A stretch of 64,000 nucleotides of DNA, from assembly GCA_037128175.1 (NCBI GenBank), contig JBAXWY010000007.1:25351-89350 (forward strand), written 5' to 3'. Source of the stretch: Methanothrix sp. GTDB taxonomy: Archaea > Halobacteriota > Methanosarcinia > Methanotrichales > Methanotrichaceae. A program made the translations under genes and the position numbers. The notes beneath the pieces were generated by a model, which did not search any database, was not told the DNA's origin, and saw only the letters and a list, made by a program, of their open reading frames with translations. Below are positions 18,648 to 29,558 of the stretch, piece after piece (the first letter of the stretch is position 1; every line of letters starts with the position of its first letter).

Positions 18648-19343
18648 TTAGCAGTCTATGCCGTCGCAGCCCGATTGTTTCTTCTCTTCCACGGGACTTT
18701 CCCGGAACTTAATCATCTTCTCTACTTCGAACTTGCCCGTGAAGGACTCGTGCACCTTGAGATCCTTGCTGAACATTTTATGCATCCGGGCGTCCGTCTG
18801 CCAGGTTCCGTTGAATGAATTCTTGGTCTGGATGCCCACGGTGTGCACAGGGCTTGCTCTGAGCAGTTCTTCGATCTTCTTAGGATCAGTTATGTAAGAG
18901 GCGGGATTGGTTGAGGCGAAGTAGCTGCTTCCCTCTCTCTCCATCTCTGTGACTGAGAAGCTCTCTGTGATCTCTGCGCCGATGCCGCCCCAGAAAGCCT
19001 TGGAGTTGATATATTTCATTCCCACCATGGGGGTCTTGCCGGAGTAGGTGAGTTTGTTGCTTTCCCAGAGGTTGAGCGGCACAGCTATACCGTTCTCCAT
19101 GCCCGGAAGCTTGGCTGCCCTCTGTGCTTCGACGGTTGCTGTGTCCATCTCCAGGTCACCGTCGCCGTACATGAAATTTTCGTACTCGAGAGCAAGCTGC
19201 CTGTCCTTAACCGAGACGCCCACCTCAAAGGTGCCCGTCCCAGTTACCTTCAGCATGTTGCAAAAATCTCCGTCCTGGATGGCTTCGGTGATGGCCGGGG
19301 TGGCAAAGACCGGCTCCAGGGATAAGAGTAACATTAGCAACAA
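18648..19343 (-). CDS. Secreted hypothetical protein (5' end appears frameshifted)
   Basis: Hydrophobic N-terminus ending VFA; the apparent ATG at 19377 is out of frame by one base. Confidence 0.7.
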   Translation of the reverse strand: MLLMLLLSLEPVFATPAITEAIQDGDFCNMLKVTGTGTFEVGVSVKDRQLALEYENFMYGDGDLEMDTATVEAQRAAKLPGMENGIAVPLNLWESNKLTYSGKTPMVGMKYINSKAFWGGIGAEITESFSVTEMEREGSSYFASTNPASYITDPKKIEELLRASPVHTVGIQTKNSFNGTWQTDARMHKMFSKDLKVHESFTGKFEVEKMIKFRESPVEEKKQSGCDGIDC

Positions 19344-19470
19344 AGCTACTGCAATACCCTTCGTTGTTCTACCCCATTACTAAGGTCTTATTAGGATCTT
19401 CTAGCTAAAAAAGTTATTGTAGCTTTCACGGCAAAAGTTTCATCTCACCCCTTGAACATCCAACTCCAAG

Positions 19471-20280
19471 ATGGGCAAAGATTTGGCCGTGGTCATGGAT
19501 GTGGCAGGAACCATACTCCGGATGTATCGCGTGGCCAAGGATATTGAAAAGGGCGTCATTCGGTTGAATGTGGTTACCTGGGAGCTGATTATGGAGAAGA
19601 AAGGTCGAGTCCTGGTTGTCCCTCAGATGGACCCCGACCTCATGTTATCCTGTCGGCCCGATGATGCTCTGGGAACGCTGATGAAAGGTCGCGAGCAATT
19701 ACTGGAGATAAGTTGTGCCAGCAGTCCCATCTCCAAAGATGAAGCGGTACGCATTCTAGGCGGTTCTCAAGCCAAGGTACGTGATCTTGTGGAGGTGTAT
19801 CGGGAAGTATTGGCCAGGTGTCCTGGTAATTATCATACTGCCGGCATGATTGTCGATGTTGATCTGCAGGAGGTTGTTTATGCACTTAGCACGGGGGGAT
19901 CTCCCTTTCCCGGACTGCGGGATGTCCTGGCATGTCTGAAAAATCATGGGGCTGATGTCTATGTGGCCTCTGGGGACAGCATGAGAAGCCTTGCTTATCT
20001 CCAAGAATTAGGTATAGATTTGTCGCGAGTTTATCCTGTCTCTGGCCCAATGCGGAAAAGAGAGATAATAGTCGATCTCAAGAACCAATATCGTCAAGTG
20101 GTAATGGTGGGCGACGGTCTAAACGACCTTTATGCCTTGAGGGCGGCGGATCTGGGCATCTTGACCGTGCAGCAGGACACTCGTCCCACTTTGAAGCTTC
20201 GTGATGCTGCCGATAAGATAATAAGGGATATAAAAGAACTGCCTAAAATACTTATGGATAACTGCCAGATTATTTTTTAG
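19471..20280 (+). CDS. HAD-superfamily hydrolase
   Basis: VMDVAGT, VASGDS, MVGDGLND. Confidence 0.85.
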   Translation: MGKDLAVVMDVAGTILRMYRVAKDIEKGVIRLNVVTWELIMEKKGRVLVVPQMDPDLMLSCRPDDALGTLMKGREQLLEISCASSPISKDEAVRILGGSQAKVRDLVEVYREVLARCPGNYHTAGMIVDVDLQEVVYALSTGGSPFPGLRDVLACLKNHGADVYVASGDSMRSLAYLQELGIDLSRVYPVSGPMRKREIIVDLKNQYRQVVMVGDGLNDLYALRAADLGILTVQQDTRPTLKLRDAADKIIRDIKELPKILMDNCQIIF

Positions 20281-20483
20281 ATCAGTGTGTGTTCGGAATT
20301 CTCCACCTTCTTTATCCTTCTAATTCGGGTGGCGGGTGAATTGATTTGATGAATGGCAAATATTTGTGAATCGGATAATTCTAGGAAAAGTATATATACT
20401 TGGGTCGTGCATTCTTACTTGTTAACATTTTAAATTTGCTTCGAAATAAGACCATACTAGAATATACTAGGAGTAGCGCACAA

Positions 20484-21041
20484 ATGTTCGAAGAGCTTTT
20501 AGAGATATACAAAACAAAGGCCGAAGAGATTGAGAAAAATAGAAAAGAAGCACAAGCTATGCTTTTGCTGGTTTCAGCCATCGAAAAGATATCCCTGGAG
20601 CTCGACTCCAAACAAAGCGATGTAGAGCTCTTAGGCAGGCTGATCGATCAGGTTGATCGCCTATCCAAAGAGGTATCTGATCTGAAGAGCCAGCTTCGCA
20701 CCCGGCAGGGACGACCTGCGCCTATCCAGGAAACGAGCTCTGGAGAAGGAAAGGCCCTGGATAACCATGCGCGATCACTCATCGATATCATGGAAGAGAG
20801 GCCGAGTAGGTACACAACCAGCGAGCTGGTGGACATGCTGGGCTTAAATAAGACTACGGTAATAAGCGTGATGAAGCGCGCTCATGAACTCGACCCGAAA
20901 CATGTCAAGATAACACAGGGAAAGAGGCGCAAGCTCTACCTGTCTTATGTGTCTGAAGGTGAGGTGCAGACGACAGCAGAAGCGTCGCCTGGATCTGGCG
21001 AATCAGACCGGGTGAAGCTAGAGCTGATGGCCATGACCTAA
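20484..21041 (+). CDS. Coiled-coil plus winged-helix protein
   Basis: Heptad-rich N half; YTTSELVDMLGLNKTTVISVMKR HTH. Confidence 0.6.
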   Translation: MFEELLEIYKTKAEEIEKNRKEAQAMLLLVSAIEKISLELDSKQSDVELLGRLIDQVDRLSKEVSDLKSQLRTRQGRPAPIQETSSGEGKALDNHARSLIDIMEERPSRYTTSELVDMLGLNKTTVISVMKRAHELDPKHVKITQGKRRKLYLSYVSEGEVQTTAEASPGSGESDRVKLELMAMT

Positions 21042-21215
21042 AGTTAAGATAAGCCGGAAGACAATCCATAAATTCCTAATCTGTTAAAGGTCGAGCTGCC
21101 TGTCGTTCTTCCGGCTGATTTGTTCATTAAACAATAAACAATCCTTAGGTGCTCGATCTGCGAAGGGTTTCGACGAGTTCGAGATCTTAGAAGGGCAGCA
21201 AAAAAATAGTATAAA

Positions 21216-22262
21216 TCATGTCTTCTTCTGTTTTCTTCTATACATGTATCCAACGACCGCAACTATTATGATGAGAATGACAATTGCCGGCATGAGTAGA
21301 GACGTGTAGGCGGCCTTGACCACAACTGGTATCTTCATGCTCTCCGAGATCACGAAATCGCCATTAATATCCGTATATTTGATCTCGCTGTTTATGCCAT
21401 AGTCCTTGGGCGTAGCGTCGGAATCGACGTCAAGCCGGAATACGACGGTCTTCTCTTCTCCCGGAGCCAGCGTTCCGATGAATGCCTGATCATCGGTGGA
21501 TGAGAACGGCTTGAAGATGGATAGCCTGGCGATAGCGTCTTTGACGGTGTACTCCCCAATATTTTTGTATGTTGCAACAATTTGTGCTTTCTTGATGCCT
21601 GCAGAGAGCGCGCCCGTTGCATTCACGATCAAAAAGTCCGCTTGCTTCTTGACGTTGATAATGATGGGTACGGTCTGATTGGCTTTCTGGTAGATATAGG
21701 ATACCTGGTAATTTGCTAAAGTAGGCGAGGATCCGCTGGTAACAATCTTGGAAGCCTGCACCCGGACATTGTCCTGATAATCATAAGATAGGTTCAAACT
21801 GAGTGGATAAGTCCCCGCCGGGGCATGCTCACCTATCTTAACGGTGAATTTCAAAGGCGATTGGGTCTTATCACCTGATTTTAAAGATTGAACAACCTGG
21901 TCACCTGACTTTATCTCGATCTCTGGATTGTCGGAGAGGAGATATGCCGTGATTCCGAGTGCCGTCGGCTTCTTGTACTCTTCTTGCAGTTCAGCGCTGG
22001 CCAGAGCGAACTCCTTGGGATCCTGGGGCGTTAGATCTTCCTTGAATCCCAATATCCGTCCATAGTTGGTCAGATCCAGGTAAAGGGAAACGGTATCTCC
22101 ACGTTCAAACTCATCTGTCCCGGAAACGCTGGCTGAGATATCCGGGCTGCCATACATGGTGTAATAGTTATCTCCGCCCAGCTCAAAAGGTATATAGGTG
22201 TTTTGAGCCGATACCGCGGCAATTAATAGGCAAAAGCCAACCAGGGCCATTTTAATTCTCAT
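21216..22262 (-). CDS. COG1361-type S-layer family protein
   Basis: Signal peptide, Ig-like beta segments, C-terminal TM and basic tail RRKQKK; downstream of an RND gene. Confidence 0.75.
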   Translation of the reverse strand: MRIKMALVGFCLLIAAVSAQNTYIPFELGGDNYYTMYGSPDISASVSGTDEFERGDTVSLYLDLTNYGRILGFKEDLTPQDPKEFALASAELQEEYKKPTALGITAYLLSDNPEIEIKSGDQVVQSLKSGDKTQSPLKFTVKIGEHAPAGTYPLSLNLSYDYQDNVRVQASKIVTSGSSPTLANYQVSYIYQKANQTVPIIINVKKQADFLIVNATGALSAGIKKAQIVATYKNIGEYTVKDAIARLSIFKPFSSTDDQAFIGTLAPGEEKTVVFRLDVDSDATPKDYGINSEIKYTDINGDFVISESMKIPVVVKAAYTSLLMPAIVILIIIVAVVGYMYRRKQKKT

Positions 22263-22265
22263 CAA

Positions 22266-24584
22266 TCATCCTCCTCTTGCTATCAGCTTGAGGGCTTTCT
22301 TCATTTCGTATTTCGCATTTTCCACCATAGAACGTCGAATCTCCATGCGGTACATTAGCACAACGAAGACCGTGAAGGTCGTGAGCAATGCGAATATTAT
22401 TGCTAAAACTGTAACGGTCCCAAAATTATTGGTGATCAGGAAGGGCGAGGATATCAGGGCCGCAAATCCAAATACTGTGGTAAGGCCGGAGGCTATGAGT
22501 GCGGAACCTATACGTCTTGATGCAATCTTGAGTGCCTCTCGGGGCTGTCCTATTATGGCCAGTTCCTCGTAGAAGCGCTCCATCATCAATATTGCGTATT
22601 CAGATCCCACGCCCAGAATGAGTGCACCCAGGCATGCCGTTAGGGGCGTGTATTTCATGTCGGCCAGGTACATAACGCCCCCCATCCAGCCGATTACCAC
22701 CAGCATGGGCAGTACCGGCAGCAGCGCTTTTATCAGATCCCGGTAGATGAGCAGCAGCACGACAAAGATCAGCACCAATCCCAGCAGAGTCATCTCCGTT
22801 CTGCCCTGGGTCAGCGCGGTGATGACGGTGGTCATCACTACAGCGTCGCCCGTCTGTCGCACAGACACTCCGGGAGGCGGCTGATGCCAGGCGATGTCTT
22901 TATCGATCTCTTTTATGAGCCGGTCTGTGCCCTCTGCGCCCAGGTTGCTGAGTGCCTGGCCCACATTCAGCTTGATTAGGGCCGTGTCGTGACCATCCAT
23001 TTGCAAAACTCGCATCTGGGGGGGAAGGGAATCGATCAGCCTTCGGATCTCAGTTTGATCTTGAGGTATCTCGCCGCCATTGGCCTGTTTGACCAGGGAG
23101 GCTATGCTTTCGAAGCCATATACCTGATCTCGGGAACTCTTCAGATATATGCAAAATTCATCCATCCAGCGCAGAGTACCGGGATCGGTAATGTCATCGG
23201 CCTGAACGATGAGATCTACCGTATCCGTGCCTCCAAAGATGTCGCTCATATGTCCGAAGTCGATGAGCGGAGGCAAGTCTTGGGGCACATAATTCTTGAA
23301 GTCGGTATCCACTTGAACTTGAGTATCTGCATAAATGCCCGCTAAAGAGAGGAATAATGCAGCAGCAAGCACCAGATGCCATCTTTGAATGCAGATATCA
23401 GATACCTTTTCAATGATGCCTCCTATGATTGTATCTTTGGGCACATTGGCGATTGCATTCGCTCCATTCGGTGCTCTCTTGCCCAATCCCATCTTCTCCA
23501 TAATGTAAAGCAGAGTGATGCCCACGAAGAGAGCGGACAGATAGCAAAGAAAGAGCCCTACCAGGCATAAGAGTCCGAAATCTCTGGTCATGGGCACGGA
23601 TGAGGTGAGGAGGGAGACGAATCCCATGGCGGTTATGATCAAGGCTATCATGACCGGCATGGAGACATGGCTTACCGTTTGTATCACGGCATTTGTAGGT
23701 GAGCCGCCTTTAAGGAACTCCTCATCGATCCTGTTGTGAAATTGGATAGCATAGTCTATGCCGATACCGATCAGCACCGGGAATGCGGACATGGATACCA
23801 TGGTAAAAGGTATGTGCAAAAATCCCATAGCTCCGAAGGACCATATTATGCCCAGGAAGACGACGGGGATGGGGAGCAACGACCATTTCACATGGTTAAA
23901 GGATATCAGCAAAGCCACGATCATGAGCAGGCCGGCTAGAGCAAGAATGGGGCCGTTGCTCTTGGCCATCTCTCCGGTTATTGAATTCATAAGCGCCGGT
24001 TCGCCTGTGACGGTAACGCCCACGTCCGGCGGAAACTCGGCCATCTCCACCTGGCCAAACGTCTCTAAGTAAATCTCGCTCAGCTGGGATTCCTTCAACG
24101 AAACCGGCAGCTCGATAGAGAGCATGGTATGCTTTCTATCCGGCATCATAGCATTTACGGCAGGAAGATTTGCCGGATAAGAGAGAATTTCATCGATCCT
24201 CTCCTGGGTGGGAATTATTCTGATACCGTTTTCGGTTTTCTCTGTATCTGCCACGATATCGGCGATGCTGGTCACGGCCAGCACATCCGGGGCTATGCGC
24301 ATCTTTTGCGAGAGCTTATCCATCGCCCTCAGAATCCCAGGTTTTGTGACATCCTCCGCTTCGATGAGCACGGCTATGGACTGGGTGGCAAACTTCTCCA
24401 CATAAAGGTGGTCGAAAAGCTGGTAAAGAGGAGAATCTTTGCCCACCATGCTCTCCGTGGTCATACCTTGCATCTCAATTTGCTGGGCATAGTGCAGGGA
24501 GGCGAGAGTTAGAAGCAGTGCGGCAGCCATGATTATGATCGGATTATCTGCGATCCATTGGCCGAGCCGTTCTGTGCTTTTCAT
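22266..24584 (-). CDS. RND/MMPL-family transporter
   Basis: Two repeats of GIGIDYAIQF / GVGSEYAIL with about 12 TM segments. Confidence 0.9.
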   Translation of the reverse strand: MKSTERLGQWIADNPIIIMAAALLLTLASLHYAQQIEMQGMTTESMVGKDSPLYQLFDHLYVEKFATQSIAVLIEAEDVTKPGILRAMDKLSQKMRIAPDVLAVTSIADIVADTEKTENGIRIIPTQERIDEILSYPANLPAVNAMMPDRKHTMLSIELPVSLKESQLSEIYLETFGQVEMAEFPPDVGVTVTGEPALMNSITGEMAKSNGPILALAGLLMIVALLISFNHVKWSLLPIPVVFLGIIWSFGAMGFLHIPFTMVSMSAFPVLIGIGIDYAIQFHNRIDEEFLKGGSPTNAVIQTVSHVSMPVMIALIITAMGFVSLLTSSVPMTRDFGLLCLVGLFLCYLSALFVGITLLYIMEKMGLGKRAPNGANAIANVPKDTIIGGIIEKVSDICIQRWHLVLAAALFLSLAGIYADTQVQVDTDFKNYVPQDLPPLIDFGHMSDIFGGTDTVDLIVQADDITDPGTLRWMDEFCIYLKSSRDQVYGFESIASLVKQANGGEIPQDQTEIRRLIDSLPPQMRVLQMDGHDTALIKLNVGQALSNLGAEGTDRLIKEIDKDIAWHQPPPGVSVRQTGDAVVMTTVITALTQGRTEMTLLGLVLIFVVLLLIYRDLIKALLPVLPMLVVIGWMGGVMYLADMKYTPLTACLGALILGVGSEYAILMMERFYEELAIIGQPREALKIASRRIGSALIASGLTTVFGFAALISSPFLITNNFGTVTVLAIIFALLTTFTVFVVLMYRMEIRRSMVENAKYEMKKALKLIARGG

Positions 24585-24671
24585 TCGCGGTCTACCTCAG
24601 TTTTGTTCGGAAATTACCAAACGTTTGGAACATGCGAAAAGTACTTAAAATTTGTGGTCTTCTGGAAATGG

Positions 24672-25202
24672 ATGGATAGAGATGAGGCGGATATCTTGAA
24701 GAGATATATGGTTGACGCCTGCGTCAAAGTGGCCAACAGCTACGGTTGCTGCGATGCGGTGGGTGTTTTACGCGGCACACTGTTTCTGGCGGACAGGCCC
24801 GTTTCCATGGATGAACTGGTGGAAGAGACCGGCTACAGCAAGTCCACAGTCAGCTCCAATATGAGCACTCTGGAACGAATGGGGTTGGCCAAGAGGGTGA
24901 TTATCCCGGGTGACAAGAGATACCACTATATCCCAGTTACCGAACCTGATTCTCTCAAGAAGGAAATGATAATCAACATGAGGCATGAGATGCAGGGAAT
25001 CATAGTCGCCATGAACCGGACGGAAGTGGATCTCAGGGCCTGTGGGCATGTGTCAGAAACGGCATTGGAGAGGATTGGCAAAGCTAGAAGCTTCTATATG
25101 CAAACGGACCTGCTCTTAGATCTGATATCCCGGTACAACACCGAGGAATTGATCGTGTTGTTGCAACAAGGTTTTCAAGAGAAAAAATCGCCCATATATT
25201 GA
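24672..25202 (+). CDS. GbsR/MarR-type HTH transcriptional regulator
   Basis: SMDELVEETGYSKSTVSSNMSTLERMG; divergent from the RND gene. Confidence 0.85.
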   Translation: MDRDEADILKRYMVDACVKVANSYGCCDAVGVLRGTLFLADRPVSMDELVEETGYSKSTVSSNMSTLERMGLAKRVIIPGDKRYHYIPVTEPDSLKKEMIINMRHEMQGIIVAMNRTEVDLRACGHVSETALERIGKARSFYMQTDLLLDLISRYNTEELIVLLQQGFQEKKSPIY

Positions 25203-25250
25203 TTAAGAGTAACGATGTCTATCTGTTAGAAGCGCAGGCAGTGATAACCG

Positions 25251-28200
25251 TTGGGCGAAGAGAAGCTTGCAAGCAGCGATCCAGAAACGAAGATCGAGCA
25301 GATGCTGCGGAAAATAGCAGATATGCAGGAGAGTGGCGGCAATGCGGGGCAAATGCCGGTGTTGCTTAAAGGCCTAAAGGATAACCTCGAAGATCTTTTG
25401 GCCTGCTTGCCGATGACAAAAGCGGTAGAGGCAGTTCCCACGGCCGTTGTACTTACCGATATATTCGGAAATATTGAGTATGTAAACGCCAGCCTTTTGA
25501 AAATTTCCGGTTTTCGTGACATATCTGAGGCTAAAGGCCGGTCAGTATTCGATTTTACGAATGCTGAGGGTAAAGCCAAGCTGCAAGAAGAGGTTATACC
25601 CGCTCTTCATTCCATTGGGCAGTGGCAGGGGGAGCTTTTTTTAAAGAGGTCGGATGGCCAATCCTACATGGCGGAGATGATGTGTGCGCTGGTCAAAGAC
25701 GACTCTGGCAAACCCATCTATCTATTGGCCAACTTTTACAACATCACCGACAGAAAGCGCGCGGAAGAAGCACTGCTTCTGGACGATTCCCGGCTGGAGG
25801 CTCTGCAAAGGTTAAACCAGATGGATGAGGCCTCCATTAAAGAGATCGCAGACTTCGCTCTGGAGGCTGGGGTCAAACTAACCGGCTCTAAGCTCGGCTA
25901 CCTGGCTTTCGTTGACGACGAAGAAAAGACGCTCTTTATGCACTCCTGGTCCAAGAAGGCCATGCAGACGTGCGACATTGAACATAAAAGAGTCGTCTAT
26001 CATCTGCAGGAAACGGGTCTTTGGGGTGAGGCTATTCGGCAGAGAAAAGCGGTGATAACCAATGATTATGCTTCCTGCTCCCAGAGAAGAGGCACCCCCG
26101 CAGGTCACGTCAATGTTGTCCGCCACATGAATGTGCCCATCATGGACAAAGGCAAAATTGTCATTGTGGCGGGTCTTGGCAACAAGGAGGAGGAGTACGA
26201 TGACTCCGATGTGCGCCAGCTCACGCTGCTTATGAGCGGAATGTGGAAGATCATCCAACGACGAAGTGCAGAGGAGACGCTGCACAGACGCGATTTATTG
26301 CTGCAAGGGGCGGCCAAGGCCACTAACTACCTTCTCACATCCGATCTCCAGGCCGTAAAGAGGGCTTTAGGCATTCTAGGTGAGGTGGAAGATGTGGATC
26401 GGGTTCATATTCTGGAGAACCGGGAATTGCAGAGCGAAGTGCGTCTGGAATGTCTTCCTATGCAATGGTTTCGAGAGCCTGCAACGCAATTTTCCGGGGA
26501 TTTGTCCTGGGTGGTGCATTTTCCAGACTGGCAGGATATGCTCTCTCGCAGCAATCCCATCCAGGGCATAACTTCAGAGCTCAGGGTTCCTGGTGCAACG
26601 GTGCTGGTGGAGTTAGATGTTCGCTCTTTTCTGCTCCTGCCCGTCTTCATCGAGGGTCGGTTTTTTGCGGTTATATGTTTTGAAGACTGTCATAATGAGC
26701 GGCGATGGATCGACAGCGAGATCGCTGTACTTCAGGCTGCGGCGGGTAGCATCGGCGAAGCCATTTTGCGCAGAAGGACGGAAGAGGCCCTGAAAAAGAC
26801 GCAGGAAGGGCTGGAAAAGAGGGTATCGGAGAGGACGGCCTGGCTCCTCCGGGCAAATGCGGCATTGCAAGAGGAGACGGTCTTGCATAACGAAACGGAA
26901 ATAGAGCTTCGTTCTGCGCAGCAGGCGGCAGATACGGCTTGCCGGGCGAAGAGCGAGTTTTTGGCCAATATGAGCCACGAGATACGTACTCCCATGAATG
27001 CGGTTATTGGCCTCGCCGGGCTCTTGCTGGAAACCCGCCTCACAGAAGAGCAGCGCGATTTCGTAGAGACCATTCACAGCAGTGGTGATGCGTTGCTTGC
27101 CATCATCAATGATATCCTGGATTTTTCCAAGATAGATGAAGGCAAGATGAAGCTGGAGCATTTGCCCTTCATTTTACGCGACAGCATCGAGTCCTCGCTG
27201 GATATGGTGGCGACAAAGGCAGCGGAGAAAGGACTGGATCTTACTTATGATATTGACGAGAGGATCGCCCCAACTATTCTAGGGGACTCGGTTCGGCTGC
27301 GCCAGGTGCTGGCCAACCTGCTCAGCAATGCGGTAAAATTTACGGAAAAAGGCAGCATAGCCATTCATGTCAAGCCTGGTGAAAATGCGGATGAAATCCA
27401 CTTTTCGGTTTTCGATACGGGAATAGGCATCAGTCCTCTGGACATGAAAAAGCTCTTCTTATCCTTTAGCCAGGTCGATGCTTCTACTTCCAGAAAATAT
27501 GGTGGTACTGGCCTGGGTCTGGCCATAAGCAAGAGGCTGGTAGAACTGATGGGCGGCAAGATCTGGGTGCAAAGCAAGCTACGCGAGGGCTCAACCTTCC
27601 ACTTCCTGATTTTTGCCCAGCCATTTTCCGGAGAGGCTGTAAAGGTGCATCTGGCCGGTAAGAAGATAATGGCTCTGCTCAGCAGCGAAGGCTGCTTGAA
27701 GGGACTGTTGGATTATGCCCGCTCCTGGGGGATGCAGATACATCCTGTGGTCTCGGCCTTTGAGGCACGGGAAATGGTAGAGAGTCGTTTTGATGCCGCA
27801 ATTTTGGATCTGGATGTTCCGGGGGCAGAAGAGCTGGCCGAGGAGATAGAAGAGCGTCTTCCTACCATCACCTTCGCAACGCATGGACAACATCGCATAG
27901 GCAAAAAAACTCTAATCAAGCCCCTTTCACAGGCCAGCATTCTATTTGCTCTGCAGGAGGCTTTAATGCCCCCCTGTCATAAGAAGGTGCGCACCTACTG
28001 CAGTGCGATGAAACACCCGGATCTGGACATATTGCTGGCGGAAGATAACCTTGTCAACCAGAAGGTTGCGCGTCTTATGCTAAAGAAGCTAGGCTACAGA
28101 GCCGATGTGGTCTCCAATGGCCGGGAGGTCTTACAGGCTATTTTAAAAAAGAGCTATGATGTGATTCTCATGGACGTGCAGATGCCGGAGATGGACGGCC

Positions 28201-28409
28201 TGGAGGCTACCCATGCCATTTTGGATCTTAATTTAAAAAAGAGGCCGAAGATTCTGGCCATGACCGCTTATGCGTTAGAAGGGGACAAAGAGAGATGTTT
28301 GTTTGCCGGCATGGACGGTTACATTTCCAAGCCGGTGCAGCTTGAGGAGCTGAAGTGCGCACTCTATGGCCTGAAAAATATCCCTCTCGGTGCGGATAAT
28401 ACCGGCTAA
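25251..28409 (+). CDS. Hybrid sensor histidine kinase (PAS-GAF-GAF-HisKA-HATPase-REC-REC)
   Basis: FLANMSHEIRTPMN, NLLSNAVKFT, DTGIG, GGTGLGL, LMDVQMPEMDG. Confidence 0.95.
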   Translation: MGEEKLASSDPETKIEQMLRKIADMQESGGNAGQMPVLLKGLKDNLEDLLACLPMTKAVEAVPTAVVLTDIFGNIEYVNASLLKISGFRDISEAKGRSVFDFTNAEGKAKLQEEVIPALHSIGQWQGELFLKRSDGQSYMAEMMCALVKDDSGKPIYLLANFYNITDRKRAEEALLLDDSRLEALQRLNQMDEASIKEIADFALEAGVKLTGSKLGYLAFVDDEEKTLFMHSWSKKAMQTCDIEHKRVVYHLQETGLWGEAIRQRKAVITNDYASCSQRRGTPAGHVNVVRHMNVPIMDKGKIVIVAGLGNKEEEYDDSDVRQLTLLMSGMWKIIQRRSAEETLHRRDLLLQGAAKATNYLLTSDLQAVKRALGILGEVEDVDRVHILENRELQSEVRLECLPMQWFREPATQFSGDLSWVVHFPDWQDMLSRSNPIQGITSELRVPGATVLVELDVRSFLLLPVFIEGRFFAVICFEDCHNERRWIDSEIAVLQAAAGSIGEAILRRRTEEALKKTQEGLEKRVSERTAWLLRANAALQEETVLHNETEIELRSAQQAADTACRAKSEFLANMSHEIRTPMNAVIGLAGLLLETRLTEEQRDFVETIHSSGDALLAIINDILDFSKIDEGKMKLEHLPFILRDSIESSLDMVATKAAEKGLDLTYDIDERIAPTILGDSVRLRQVLANLLSNAVKFTEKGSIAIHVKPGENADEIHFSVFDTGIGISPLDMKKLFLSFSQVDASTSRKYGGTGLGLAISKRLVELMGGKIWVQSKLREGSTFHFLIFAQPFSGEAVKVHLAGKKIMALLSSEGCLKGLLDYARSWGMQIHPVVSAFEAREMVESRFDAAILDLDVPGAEELAEEIEERLPTITFATHGQHRIGKKTLIKPLSQASILFALQEALMPPCHKKVRTYCSAMKHPDLDILLAEDNLVNQKVARLMLKKLGYRADVVSNGREVLQAILKKSYDVILMDVQMPEMDGLEATHAILDLNLKKRPKILAMTAYALEGDKERCLFAGMDGYISKPVQLEELKCALYGLKNIPLGADNTG

Positions 28410-29446
28410 GACTGCTTAATAATCACATCCTCTAAAGGTCGCCGGGGGCTGGGACGCATGGGCTTTGCATTCCCCAGGCTGAAGATTAGCTGGGGGTAGC
28501 CTCGGTTGAGCAGCATCTTCAGCTCCTCTCGCAAGTTTGCAAGGCCTATGGGCTGGCTGAAGAAGGATGCTCTTAGATCGTAAAAGGTGGCCCGGAGCAG
28601 CAGATTTTCCAGGGCGAAGCCGCACATGGTCCAGGTCTGCTTATCATCTTGGTCGGTGGTAAGCACGGCAAGGGTGGAGCAGTCGTGGATGAGGCCGGAG
28701 TCCCGGTAGATGACCGGCCTGGAGAGGTCGAACTCCTTGAAGGCGGCGGGAAATCCCAAAGATACGACATCCGGTACTCCGAAGGTATAAAGGGGCATGC
28801 CGTCCGGCTCGGTCGTCTTGTTACTGCGCAGCCAATCCCCCAGATCATGGCGAAATTCCTTTTTGGCCAGTTGAATTTTATGGCTGCGGGAGACCAGATC
28901 TGCCATTTTCGCCTTGGCATCCTTATCGGGCAGGTAGCTGAGATAAAGGCCGGAAAGATTTATGTTCCTCTCAATCTCCTCTAAAATGAACGGTTCGATT
29001 TCTCCATTTTCATATCTGTCTTTGGTGGTGTGCCTTCTTTGTATCTGGGGGAAGAGATCATCTTGCCCATGCACTGGCCTTCTGCCAGAGGGCAAAAGCT
29101 GCACCTCGGCCACCAGATCGCTCTCTTGCCCGTCTGGGAAGTAGCTTACCTTCGGAGCAAAGCCGAAATGTGCTCCGGCGACGGTCAGGTTGGCGATGGC
29201 ACAGCCCACGCTCATGTAGAGGGTGCGGTTGCTGGGATCGACAAAAGGCAAGGCCCGGCTTAAATCGGCGAAGACGGAAATGCTCTGGTCATGGATGGCG
29301 TACTTCCATGGTTGGGTGTTGGGGCCGGAGGGGGCCAAAATTGCATAGCGCAAAAGGAACTTTAGCCTCCCCTCCATTGGGCCGTCAACGGGGTAGTCGG
29401 CCTCCGATACATCCCATGCCTCATAGTTTTTAGCAGTCAATTGCAA
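28406..29446 (-). CDS. Acg-type FMN-binding nitroreductase
   Basis: LAPSGPNTQPW, SVGCAIANL, RRHT. Confidence 0.85.
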   Translation of the reverse strand: MQLTAKNYEAWDVSEADYPVDGPMEGRLKFLLRYAILAPSGPNTQPWKYAIHDQSISVFADLSRALPFVDPSNRTLYMSVGCAIANLTVAGAHFGFAPKVSYFPDGQESDLVAEVQLLPSGRRPVHGQDDLFPQIQRRHTTKDRYENGEIEPFILEEIERNINLSGLYLSYLPDKDAKAKMADLVSRSHKIQLAKKEFRHDLGDWLRSNKTTEPDGMPLYTFGVPDVVSLGFPAAFKEFDLSRPVIYRDSGLIHDCSTLAVLTTDQDDKQTWTMCGFALENLLLRATFYDLRASFFSQPIGLANLREELKMLLNRGYPQLIFSLGNAKPMRPSPRRPLEDVIIKQS

Positions 29447-29558
29447 TTCCTCTCCAGAAAGATTCTACGCCATTATTGGCATATAGCTTTTCTCCAAGCA
29501 TCAAATTCTTTTATCTGCAACGGAAATTCCATTTCAGTAATTTGGAGGTGGGAAAGAA

